A program made the translations under genes and the position numbers. Under the pieces are notes generated by a model that searched no databases, was not told the origin of the DNA, and saw nothing but the letters and a program-made list of their open reading frames with translations. DNA of 64,000 nt, taken from the NCBI GenBank assembly GCA_002269645.1, contig NIVC01000260.1, positions 124,001-188,000 of the forward strand, given 5' to 3'. This DNA comes from Macrostomum lignano. Lineage: Eukaryota. Below are positions 35,481 to 47,325 of this stretch, in pieces; the first letter of the stretch is position 1; each line of letters opens with the position of its first letter.

Positions 35481-38147
35481 GAATAAGATGCGAGAAGCGA
35501 TTGCAGGGTAGAAAAGGTCACAAAGGCTTGAAAGGCCGGTGCGCACTTATATTATAGTTTACCTAACTAGCGATTCAGCAAACCCCCCACCCGGCCTAGG
35601 CCGGTCTGGGCAGACAGACAAACCCCCCAGCCAATCAGAACGCAAGAACCCTAACCTGCGTACAAGCCGCATACACAACAGAAGGTGCATGGCAACGTCG
35701 GCTTCATTACACTTACATGTACTGCATGGCAGGCCTGCTTTCCAAAAATCGATTTTTACTGACAGTTGTATTACATATATGTAAATTATAGTATAGTTAA
35801 AAAATAAAACGTAATGTTTTTTCTCGATATTTTCCAAGTACGATCATACACGTAATGTTAATGTTCGTGTGTTACTGTCATTATTATGTAGTGGGTGAAG
35901 CCAGAATTTTTTACGGGGGGGGGGCCAATTGGCCAGCGGGGTATGTAATCCCCCATATGCCCATTGCCCATGCCTATGGAGGACTTGGCACAATCAAGAA
36001 ATGTTTTCAACCATAACAGCAGTTTAATATATCAGAAAAAACTCCAGAAAAAAGATCAGCTTTTTTTCAAAGTAAAAGAATACATCTTGCACGTCATAGG
36101 CATTTGTTCGTTTGTTTGTTTCTTTGCCTTTCTCGCACGAATTCTAACGAAGCACATTGATCCGCGTGACGCGCGCAGCGCGCTGCACGCGCGAATCGAT
36201 CCTTCATTTGCAAACTACAAGCACACCACTTGTTGATTATTCATTCATGTTCATGTACAAGTACAAATGAAAGCAGACCGTTTTATACATGACAATGACA
36301 GCTTAATATGATAGTTTTATGTCATTGTCACTTGCTTGCTCCTCTCTTTCAATGTGAAAAAACTATGTGCTATGACGCCTATGCTATGAGTAGGCCTATG
36401 TATAAAAACTTTTGTTGAACCCTATAGCTATGCTGTTTAAAATATATATTATAATTATAATATTATTGCTGATATATGGACTATGCCATTGGCATTGTAA
36501 ATATATATTTGAATATTACTAAGATTAAGAACTACCTTGATTTTCCTTTAAAGTGGGTTGAATTGAATCTATTTTAAAATTCAAGGTGCATGTGCATGCT
36601 GCACAAAAAACATAGCATAAAATATATATAAAAGAATGATAAAACATGTTATAAAGCACTTAAGCTTAGGTGGCCAAATCAAACTCTATTATTAGGCCAA
36701 TAGAGTACAATATTAGCAATAATTACAGTTCAATTTACTATCAATTTTATCAACATATAGTATCAATTTTATAGTGATTAACAGCATAGTAGGCCTCATT
36801 TTCCACGTATAATATAATATTATAGATATTATAGATATAGATATAATATTAATAGTCAAATAGATTGGAATCTGATGAGTTAAATAGCCATAGGCCTATT
36901 GACAGTGTTAGGCACCATTAATGAAAATCTTAACTTCTGTTAATGCCAAAAGCATTAGCATTAAAACAAAAAATCAAGCTTATTAACTTTTAATTTCATT
37001 AAGTTAATTGAAAGTTGATTGATAATTTTTAATAAGCATTAATCCTTTAAACAACATAAACAACAACAACAAAGTTAATATAGAAAATACTAAAATCTTG
37101 CACTTTTTTCTAAAACAGACTTCATTCTTCATAATGTACTATCTTTGCTTTTCCATCTTTTTAGTAAAATACAGAGGTCATCTAAGCAATTTACAAGCTA
37201 AAAAGTAAAAATTAAAATATATAATAATTTAAAAACTTGTATATACTTTATATTAATTAAATAAGCATATCTTAAAAGAAATGACCTATTTTTTTAAACT
37301 TAAATTTATTTGAAACTGTCCAAGACAAGATAGTTTTCTCAAGATAGATAGATAAAGATAAGTAAATTGGCGCCTCAGCCATTGAACAGGCTCTTACACC
37401 ACAAAGATAAATTATTTTCCAAATTGGTAGTGTACTCAGGTACATTAGGCTTCTAAGTTAGGCTATAAGAGACTGTGACCCAGCAAGCTAAGCAGGCGAC
37501 ACCAGTTGGGCTGAGGGCGAGCCCTACCCCCCAGCTGTCGGGGCGTCACACCTATTCCAAACACAATACTAAACCTCCCTAGGGCCAGTGAGGGTTCAGC
37601 AAACCAGTGAGGGGAGCCTGTGCCTTCTCTGGGTTAGTAAGCCAATAAAATTGGTCATTTGACCAGTGCCCCCATGGCTATGGCTACTAGCCTAGGACTG
37701 CCCCCCAGGCCCCCACTAACCCTGCAACCCTTAGTCCTTTGAAGCGGCAGGAGGGCTAATTGCTGGGACTAATCGCCAGGGTTAACAGCCTTCTTTATAC
37801 TAGTAGATAATCCCATAAGAGCACAATTTCTCATTGCTTCTACTATTTTCCTAAGATTGAACTACAATTAGTAGTATAAAAGCAAAACTGTTTATTCTCA
37901 ATTTTGGATTACTAAATAAATTCTTCTTGATGAAGAGGACTCCAACTGGCAAACACCTTAGCAAAACTGCTTTGAAAATAAACTTCCCTACTACAATAAT
38001 TTCAATGTTGCCTAACAGGACCATATATAATGACTTGATCCATGAGATCTAATCAAAACCTTAACCTTCAAGTCATAAATCTGATAATCTAACTATTAGG
38101 CTAGGGCCTATAACCTGCTTGAAAAGCTCAATCCATTTAGAACAATT

Positions 38148-38212
38148 TGTGCCCTTAAGCAAGGCACTTAACTCTGCATTGCTTCAGTTCACCCAGCTGT
38201 AAAATGGGTGCC
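38148..38212 (+). mobile_element. CORE-SINE-like (MIR core) fragment
   Basis: GTGCCCTTAAGCAAGGCACTTAACTCT...CTTCAGTT...CTGTAAAATGGG resembles the MIR/CORE consensus as recalled. Confidence 0.6.
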
Positions 38213-38822
38213 AACATTGGCTAGGGTAATTGGATGTATATATAGCAACCCTTAGTCCTTGGACTGAATAGCAGTATATAGCCTTTAGATGCATTATGCA
38301 ATATCTGCAGCTGAGCTGTTGGTTGCATAACTGGTCCAATTGGAGTAGGTGTAATCAGTTATTATTCTTATTCTTATAGCAATAAAACAGAAAATAAGTC
38401 CTTTCTTACTCGACATTTTTTATATTTATCAAAAAAGAAGCTATTCCCTCTAGGCTATCAAGCACAGGGGATATGCTTGTAGCTTATATATTCTGTAGGT
38501 TTGGAGACAATGGCTCTAAGGTAATTAAAAAAGCATTTTAAAAAGTTTTTAACAAAATTAGAAGTGCAAAACTTTGTAGTTTGATTTTAAATGTTTGAAT
38601 AATTATCAAATTACAATTAGGCATTATCAAGTTTAGTTATATAGACTGCTTTTTTTACTTTGACATGTTTCATAATTGCATTAATATAATTAATATACTG
38701 CTTAGTGGGTACTCTAGCTCTTGCTCTATGCCTGCTACATCATTGAGTCAAAGCATCCAATTCAGTGTCTGGGTAGGTTAGGCCATAGACATCTTCACAT
38801 CTAAAAGCATAGGCATCACACT

Positions 38823-39143
38823 CATGGAGGAAAGAATAGAATGAAGTGCTAATCTGAGCCAGTTATTTTTGTCTCGCTCCATTTTCGCTTTTAACATCCC
38901 TCTCCCCCCGTTCCTTCCTATTGGCTGAAAGCATATTTTGATGCGAGCTCGTACTATGCTGGGACAGACCTTTCTCAGAGGGGAACGAAAACGAAAAGGA
39001 GACGAAAAATACTTTGTCTATGGCAGTCACGAGCCAATAGAAAAGAACGGGGCGGGGAAAGGGATGTTAAAAGTGAAGATCTGGCGAGACAAAAATAATC
39101 TGGAGTGCTCAGATTAGCACTCCATTCTATTCTTTCCTCCATG
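38823..39143. mobile_element. MITE, probably hAT-derived, 321 bp
   Basis: 37-bp outer TIR CATGGAGGAAAGAATAGAATG... with 1 mismatch, extending imperfectly to about 105 bp; 8-bp TSD ATCACACT at 38815-22 and 39144-51. Confidence 0.92.
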
Positions 39144-39309
39144 ATCACACTACCCTGTAGCTTGCTATTCAGATTTCACAATTGATCCTTATTTTCAGCT
39201 GCAACTTAGCAGAAATATTTTTCAACAGCTACGCTATTTAAGCGCGTCAAATTCTATTCAGTCTACTTTCAGCGGCAGTAGAAGCATTAAACAACTATTA
39301 TTGCATTCA

Positions 39310-39544
39310 ATGGCTGAACAAAGACAGTCTGAGCAATTGCAATTTGTTAACCGGCTGAATCCGGTCACTGGCGAGATGGAGTGGACCCTACTGCCTGTTG
39401 ATTATGACTATCGCCAAGAGATTGCCTGCTCAGCCTATGGCGACATGCTGCACGATACAGCTAGGAATAAGGCCTATTATAATGCCCTGCGTAGAGCGAT
39501 TGAACGCATGCCTAGGCCTGTCAGAGTGCTGGATATTGGCACTG
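39310..39544 (+). CDS. PRMT7: Protein arginine N-methyltransferase 7, exon 1
   Basis: NPVTGEMEW, YDYRQEIACSAYGDMLHD, VLDIGTG; donor g|gtgggt phase 1. Confidence 0.95.
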
Positions 39545-40308
39545 GTGGGTCTTGGTGAAATACTATTAAATTGAGAGATTTTAGAGATTTTTATTGTTAT
39601 TTCCTTTATTGGCTACTGAATGTACGGTAGTAGTTATTCTAGTAGTTAATGTAGCGCTTTCATACATTTAGCATGTCTGCCATGTAGCAACCAAGGAAAA
39701 AGTCGTCCAAGAGTCGTCTGTGTTAGCGCTTAACTTTCTACTAGCTCAAGTAGTCTAAATAGAGTTTTTATAAATGCGAAATGCGGTTCTGATTCATCAT
39801 AAAGTGACGCAGATGCGCTTTAGGCGCAACTCGGTGATTTTACAGCGACTCTGGCACGCCTCAGACACGACTTCACGGCCCCAGAGTCGTTTCAGGAGTC
39901 TTTGACTTCGATAAGTTTAGATTTAGAAGCCCAAGCTTGCAGGCGTAAACAACTTGCTAATTGGTTCAGCAATAATGTACATTAGCCAGTCCACTGAAAT
40001 GTACGTCAGATTTAGGCTGGAACGTACAACCGAGGAAGGCAATAAAATTGGGGCGGGGCAGGGGTGGAGGTTTTGTATGGAGTCTGTCTGAGGGTTTAAG
40101 CTGAGGGGGCAAGAGCCAATAAATGAGCCTTGGCTTTAAAAATACATTAAAATGCTTCAGTTTAACTTACTACTGAACTGAAAGTAGCTTACACGCAAAT
40201 GTGCTTGAGTGGCCCATCCAGTTATTCTAGTAATCTGTTGCCACAGAGCAAGTTATTAATATAAAAAAACGCTACCCATCTCCCGCTTTCCGACACTCCT
40301 CACCGCAG

Positions 40309-40715
40309 GCAGCGGCCTGCTCAGCATGATGGCCTGTCGCCTTGGCGCAGACACGGTGACCGCCTGCGAAGCCTTCCAACCTGTGGCTGAGTGCGCCAGC
40401 CGGGTGCTGGCTGCCAATGGTTTTCTATTAAATAATGGCAGCGATAGTAGAAGGCCGCCAGGTCGGGGTGTTAGATTGATTTCTAAACGATCAACCGACG
40501 TTAATCCGGATACGGATTTAGCGGAAGGTGCATTAGATAATCTGCTTGTTGCTGAGCTGTTCGACACTGAACTGATTGGTGAAGGCGCTCTGCAGTCTTA
40601 CCAGGATGCCGCTAAAAGGCTGTTAACGCCTAATGCTGTCGTACTGCCATGGGAGGGCCGACTGCGCTGCGTGCTGTTCCAGTCCGACACCTTGGCTAGG
40701 TATCACTATTTGCAG
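40309..40715 (+). CDS. PRMT7: PRMT7 exon 2
   Basis: [24 protein letters not shown]; caccgcag acceptor, CAG|gtgagt donor. Confidence 0.95.
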
Positions 40716-40719
40716 GTGA

Positions 40720-41405
40720 GTCTGAGTGCCAGCTAGATCTGAGTGAGGGTGCCAGCTAGATTTGTGTGACAGTGCCAGCTAGATCTGAGTGAGAGTGTCA
40801 GCTAGATCTGAGTGAGAGTGCCAGCTAGATCTGTGTGAGGGTGCCAGCTAGATTTGTGTGACAGTGCCAGCTAGATCTGAGTGAGGGTGCCAGCTAGATC
40901 TGAGTGAGGGTGCCAGCTAGATGTGAGTGAGGGTGCCAGCTAGATCTGAGTGAGGGTGCCAGCTAGATGTGAGTGAGGGTGCCAGCTAGATGTGAGTGAG
41001 GGTGCCAGCTAGATCTGAGTGAGGGTGCCAGCTAGATGTGAGTGAGGGTGCCCATACATGCGCAACTTTGGGAATCACCCGGCCGTTTCTATTGGCAACA
41101 CACACATGTAAGTCGCTATTGGCTGAGAGCAGTCACGTGACTACTATTCCATCCAATAGCGACTTACCTGTGTGTGTTGCCAATAGAAACGGCCGAGTGA
41201 ATCCCAAGGTTGCGCCCAAGCATGAGGGTGCCAGCTAGATCTGAGTGAGGGTGCCAGCTAGATTTGTGTGACAGTGCCAGCTAGATCTGAGTGAGGGTGC
41301 CAGCTAGATCTGAGTGACAGTGCCAGCTAGATGTGAGTGAGGGTGCCAGCTAGATCTGAGTGAGAGTGCCAGCTAAATCTGAGTGAGAGTGTCAGCTAAA
41401 TCTGT
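40720..41405. repeat. 23-bp minisatellite at the 5' end of PRMT7 intron 2
   Basis: GAGTGAGGGTGCCAGCTAGATCT; interrupted by a MITE. Confidence 0.93.
41053..41224. mobile_element. Palindromic MITE, 172 bp, inserted in the minisatellite
   Basis: 63-bp arms (41060-122 / 41153-215, 4 mismatches), CAT...ATG termini, 8-bp duplication AGGGTGCC. Confidence 0.9.
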
Positions 41406-41944
41406 CTGAGATTGCACGGGTTCCCAGGTTGAAGTCAGTAGGTGGGTTGCATCAGTCGAGAAAGCCACATCAAAAGCAAAAATAGCACTAAGCAAATCCA
41501 AGTTTTACCTGGCTGTGACTCATAAATATGCTGGATTGAACCAACACAATGGCCTATTATTACCGAAAAGAACAGTTGAAAGCAGTTCCCAGAGGCTGGA
41601 TTAATCAGGGTCTTCTCAAAGGCTGCTTTTGTGCTCTATTTTAGCATTGCTACTACCAGAACATCTGCTTCCGGCACAGTGGATTCCCTTAACCGGTTCA
41701 GACTGCTCATAAACTGCACCCTCTGCCCCGAACCCCCGGTTCAATCTATTCATAGATTTGCAGAATCGCCCAGTTGCCTGTCTGCAACAATAATTCATCC
41801 ATTTTTAACTCCATAAAATAATACAAAATCTAGGTTGAATGTGGGCGGTTACTAAATTTAGTTACTGTCGGTGCATTTACGATCTTCAGTTTATATTCAT
41901 AGCTTATTTACAGCCAGAGATGCTCTGCTAACGCAATGCCCATC

Positions 41945-42570
41945 ACTGACTCCTTACCACTGACTCTTCACGCCTGACTCTCCTTACCCCTGACTCTTTA
42001 CCCCTGACTCTCCTTACCCCTGACTCTATGCCTGACTCTCCTTACCCCTGACTCTCCTTACCCCTGACTCTCCTTACCCCTGACTCTCCTTACCCCTGAC
42101 TCTCCTTACCCCTGACTCTTCACGCCTGACTCTCCTTACCCCTGACTCTTCACGCCTGACTCTCCTTACCCCTGACTCTCCTTACCCCTGACTCTCTTCA
42201 CCCTGACTCTCCTTACCCCTGACTCTCCTTACCCCAGACTCTTCACGCCTGACTCCTTATCCCTGACTCTCCTCACCCCTGACTCTCTTCACCCTGACTC
42301 TCCTTACCCCTGACGCTCTTCATCCCTGACTCTCCTTACCCCTAACTCTTCACCACTGACTCTCCCTATCCCTGACTCTCCTTACCCCAGACTCTTCACG
42401 CCTGACTCCTTATCCCTGACTCTCCTCACCCCTGACTCTCTTCACCCTGACTCTCCTTACCCCTGACGCTCTTCATCCCTGACTCTCCTTACCCCTAACT
42501 CTTCACCACTGACTCTCCCTATCCCTGACTCTTCTTACCACGCCTGACTCTTCACGCCTGACTCTTCCAT
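41945..42570. repeat. ~16-bp pyrimidine-rich minisatellite at the 3' end of PRMT7 intron 2
   Basis: CCTGACTCTCCTTACC variants ending about 10 nt before the AG. Confidence 0.93.
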
Positions 42571-42577
42571 CTTCCAG

Positions 42578-43436
42578 TCGAGTCCGTGGCGCCGCGCTCC
42601 CGGCGCGGACGCCTGCCCAGGCCTCTCGGCGCCCCTGGAGTTGCAGCTGTCGCAGCTGATGCCCGGCCAAGATTTCCAGTTGCTAAGCGAACCATTCGAA
42701 GTTCGCCGCTTCCCTTTCGGTCCGCCTGACTGCCTTGCCAATCTGTCCGGCGATGACGTCATCTCGGTGTCCGTTCCCTGGCTTGAGTCCGGCTTGGAAA
42801 CTGCTGATGATGCCGAATTGACAGTGACCGGCTGTTTCCTCTGGTGGGATCTGCTGATGGACCCCTGGCCGGAGGCTGAGCTGCTCAGCACGGAGCCGGC
42901 CTGGGCAGCGGCTGGCGGAGTGGCCCAGTTCCGCGAGCACTGGATGCAGTCGGTGCACTTCTTCCCGGCGGTCAGGTGTCTCTACCGGGACCAGCGGGAC
43001 TCGTTGAAACTGCTGCACTGGCACGACGGTTACAGCAACTATTTTGATTTATTACCTGACTCTGCCGCCTCTCCCGCTCCGCCTGCGGCTCGGTTCTGCT
43101 CCTGCGGCATCCATCAGAGTGTTAGTAGGGCCAGACTAGCGGAAACTCAAGATCCCGGTTATTCTAGTGGTCATGTAGATTGGATTCAATCTGTATTGGA
43201 ACTCTGTCCTACTGATCGGGCTTTAGCAACCGTGGGAGATCTGTGCATCCTGCCGCATCTCCTGGCGTCTGCGGCGATCGACCGTCAGCCGCTTCTGTGC
43301 GTTGAGCCCCGTCGGCGCTGCCGTGAGGCTGTTATTGAATCGAACCAACTGCTGCTGCCATCTGCCAGGATTGTTGCCGAGTTGCCTAAGCTGGCCGAGC
43401 TGATTGATGGGGGCTACGGTGGATTGATTTTATTGG
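42578..43436 (+). CDS. PRMT7: PRMT7 exon 3
   Basis: cttccag acceptor phase 0; FLWWDLLMD, REHWMQSVHF (THW loop), HDGYS, CSCGIH; donor g|gtgagt. Confidence 0.92.
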
Positions 43437-43534
43437 GTGAGTTTTGGCCTCGCCTTGTTAAACTCGTGTCTGTTACCTGTTAGATATGTAACTGCTGTCT
43501 GTTAGACGTGTCTGTTATCTATTGAACAGGTTTA

Positions 43535-45760
43535 TATTACCTGTTAGACAGAGGATGTTACCTGTTAGACAGGTTTCAGTTCAGTTACCTGTTGGACATG
43601 TTTCAGTTACCTGTTACACAGGTTTCAGTTACCTGTTGGACATGTTTCAGTTACCTGTTACACAGGTTTCAGTTGGACAGGTTTCAGTTACCTGTTGGAC
43701 ATGTTTCAGTTGCTGTTACACAGGTTTCAGTTGGACAGGTTTCAGTTACCTGTTACACAGGTTTCAGTTGGACATGTTTCAGTTACCTGTTACACAGGTT
43801 TCAGTTGGACATGTTTCAGTTACCTGTTACACATTTTTCAGTTACCTGTTAGACAGTTGTCAGTTACCTGTTAGACAGTTGTCAGTTACCTGTTAGTTGT
43901 CAGTTACCTGTTAGACAGTTGTCAGTTACCTGTTAGACAGTTGTCAGTTACCTGTTAGACAGTTGTCAGTTACCTGTTAGACAGTTGTCAGTCACCTGTT
44001 AGACAGTTGTCAGTTACCTGTTAGACAGTTGTCAGTTACCTGTTAGACAGTTGTCAGTTACCTGTTAGACAGTTGTCAGTTACCTGTTAGACAGTTGTCA
44101 GTTACCTGTTAGACAGTTGTCAGTCACCTGTTAGACAGGTGTCAGTTACCTGTTAGACAGTTGTCAGTTACCTGTTAGACAGTTGTCAGTTACCTGTTAG
44201 ACAGTTGTCAGTTACCTGTTAGACAGTTGTCAGTTACCTGTTAGACAGTTGTCAGTTATCTGTTAGACAGTTGTCAGTCACCTGTTAGACAGTTGTCAGT
44301 CACCTGTTAGACAGGTGTCAGTTACCTGTTAGACAGGTGTCAGTTACCTGTTAGACAGGTGTCAGTTACCTGTTAGACAGTTGTCAGTTACCTGTTAGAC
44401 AGTTGTCAGTTACCTGTTAGACAGTTGTCAGTTACCTGTTAGACAGTTGTCAGTTATCTGTTAGACAGTTGTCAGTCACCTGTTAGACAGGTGTCAGTTA
44501 CCTGTTAGACAGATGTCAGTTATCTGTTAGACAGTTGTCAGTCACCTGTTAGACAGTTGTCAGTTACCTGTTAGACAGGTGTCAGTTACCTGTTAGACAG
44601 GTGTCAGTTACCTGTTAGACAGTTGTCAGTTACCTGTTAGACAGTTGTCAGTTACCTGTTAGACAGTTGTCAGTTATCTGTTAGACAGTTGTCAGTCACC
44701 TGTTAGACAGGTGTCAGTTACCTGTTAGACAGATGTCAGTTATCTGTTAGACAGTTGTCAGTCACCTGTTAGACAGTTGTCAGTTACCTGTTAGACAGGT
44801 GTCAGTTACCTGTTAGACAGATGTCAGTTATCTGTTAGACAGTTGTCAGTCACCTGTTAGACAGGTGTCAGTTACCTGTTAGACAGGTGTCAGTTACCTG
44901 TTAGACAGTTGTCAGTTACCTGTTAGACAGTTGTCAGTTACCTGTTAGACAGTTGTCAGTTATCTGTTAGACAGTTGTCAGTCACCTGTTAGACAGGTGT
45001 CAGTTACCTGTTAGACAGATGTCAGTCACCTGTTAGACAGGTGTCAGTTACCTGTTAGACAGGTGTCAGTTACCTGTTAGACAGGTGTCAGTTACCTGTT
45101 AGACAGGTGTCAGTTACCTGTTAGACAGTTGTCAGTTACCTGTTAGACAGTTGTCAGTTACCTGTTAGACAGTTGTCAGTTATCTGTTAGACAGTTGTCA
45201 GTCACCTGTTAGACAGGTGTCAGTTACCTGTTAGACAGATGTCAGTTATCTGTTAGACAGTTGTCAGTCACCTGTTAGACAGTTGTCAGTTACCTGTTAG
45301 ACAGGTGTCAGTTACCTGTTAGACAGGTGTCAGTTACCTGTTAGACAGTTGTCAGTTACCTGTTAGACAGTTGTCAGTTACCTGTTAGACAGTTGTCAGT
45401 TATCTGTTAGACAGTTGTCAGTCACCTGTTAGACAGGTGTCAGTTACCTGTTAGACAGATGTCAGTTATCTGTTAGATAGTTGTCAGTCACCTGTTAGAC
45501 AGTTGTCAGTTACCTGTTAGACAGGTGTCAGTTACCTGTTAGACAGATGTCAGTTATCTGTTAGACAGTTGTCAGTCACCTGTTAGACAGGTGTCAGTTA
45601 CCTGTTAGACAGTTGTCAGTTACCTGTTAGACAGTTGTCAGTTACCTGTTAGACAGTTGTCAGTTACCTGTTAGACAGTTGTCAGTTATCTGTTAGACAG
45701 TTGTCAGTCACCTGTTAGACAGGTGTCAGTTACCTGTTAGACAGATGTCAGTTATCCGTT
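43535..45760. repeat. 22-bp minisatellite filling PRMT7 intron 3
   Basis: GTCAGTTACCTGTTAGACAGTT with recurring variant order. Confidence 0.96.
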
Positions 45761-45873
45761 TGACAAGGGCTGTTACGTGTTAGACAGGCGTCTGTTAGAT
45801 ATTAGACGTGTCTATTACCTGTTATGTGTCTGTTACGTGTTAGACAGGCGTGGTGTGTTACAAATACCCGCAG

Positions 45874-46595
45874 CCGAGCCCAGCTTCGCCTCTAGCCTGC
45901 TGCCCTGGGACGACCTGCGCTTCTGGCACTTGGCTGCAGCCGGCTGCCCGGCAACCCCGGCGCCGCCCATCAGTGTCCATCCCAACGTGTGCCGGATAAT
46001 GGCTGCCCCAATGCTATTCGACAATTTGCATAAGCTCCGCGCCCCTGTAGGACCGGACGGTTGCGAAGGCTTCGATCTGTCCGAGTTCGACCGGCTGGCG
46101 GAGCCGGCGGCCGAGGCTACCTGGTCGCGGCTGGAATCCCAGCCGCTGTGGGAATATCCCGGCCAGCTTCTGGCCCAGCCTAAACTGCTGCTGGAGCTGC
46201 GCTGGTCCGAACATTTTCTAGGTCGGCATACTACTGATAACAAAGAGTCTAGTAGTAGTAGTATCCAAAGCAAATTGTGTGAATTTATTGTCAACAATTC
46301 GGCGGCTAACGGTGTCGCCCTGTGGTGCGATTGGTTCGCTGAAGTTGTTCAACAAGTTGACGCCAATGAGATTAAGAGATTATATCCGGTGTTGTACAGC
46401 GGTTTACTTCCGGTTAAGAACCCGGCGCCGGATAGACTGGGTCCCAACCATTGGAACAGGTTCAGGCGGCAGGGTGTGCTGATGCTGACGCCTGGCAGGG
46501 GCTCCTCGCCCATCGGCAAGGACCGCCAGAGGCTGGCGCTGACAGCTAATTACGAGTTGGATAGCGCCGAGTTGGCTGTGTCGGTTGCGCCCTGA
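45874..46595 (+). CDS. PRMT7: PRMT7 terminal exon 4 (about 740 aa in total)
   Basis: ccgcag acceptor phase 1; EPSFASSLLPWDDLRFW, QPLWEYP, GVALWCDW; TGA at 46593-95. Confidence 0.92.
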
Positions 46596-46784
46596 GCATC
46601 GGCTACTCATTGACAGTCTACACTGTATTGGTTACTAGCTGGGTAGTTTGATTGTTTGAAATATACATTATTTTGTTTTTGGCATTTTCTATTTGGTTCG
46701 GCTTTTTATCCGAGTAAAAATTGTTGCTTTTTTACATTTTGTGCTTGGTTACTGATTAGTGATTAATATGATTGCCGAACTGGT

Positions 46785-47325
46785 TGGCCCAGCAACTGGA
46801 GATCTGGGAGGCTGGCCCAGCAACTGGAGATCTGGGAGGCTGGCCCAGCAACTGAGGATCTGGGAGGTTGGCCCAGCAACTGAGGGTCTGGGAGGCTGGC
46901 CCAGCAACTGAGGATCTGGGAGGCTGGCCCAGCAACTGAGGATCTGGGAGGCTGGCCCAGCAACTGATGAACTGAGGATCTGGGAGGCTGGCCCAGCAAC
47001 TGATGGACTGAGGATCTAGGAGGCTGGCCTAGCAACTGTCACTCTGGGAGGCTGGCCCAGCAACTGAGGATCTGGGAGGCTGGCCCAGCAACTGGGGATT
47101 TGGGAAGCTGGCCCAGCAACTGGGGATCTGGGAGGCCGGCCCAGCAACCGTGGATCTGGGAAGCTGGCCCAGCAACTGGGGATCTGGGAGGCCGGCCCAG
47201 CAACCGTGGATCTGGGAAGCTGGCCCAGCAACTGGGGATCTGGGAGGCCGGCCCAGCAACCGTGGATCTGGGAGGCCGGCCCAGCAACCGTGGATCTGGG
47301 AGGCTGGCCTAGCAACCGAGGATCT
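46785..47325. repeat. 28-bp minisatellite, same family as 1-135
   Basis: AACTGAGGATCTGGGAGGCTGGCCCAGC. Confidence 0.95.

Noticed and set aside
35887-35985. Remnants of a GC-ended MITE (also 37367-37690 and about 9590)
   Set aside because: Ends are too degenerate; no TIR pair or TSD could be verified.
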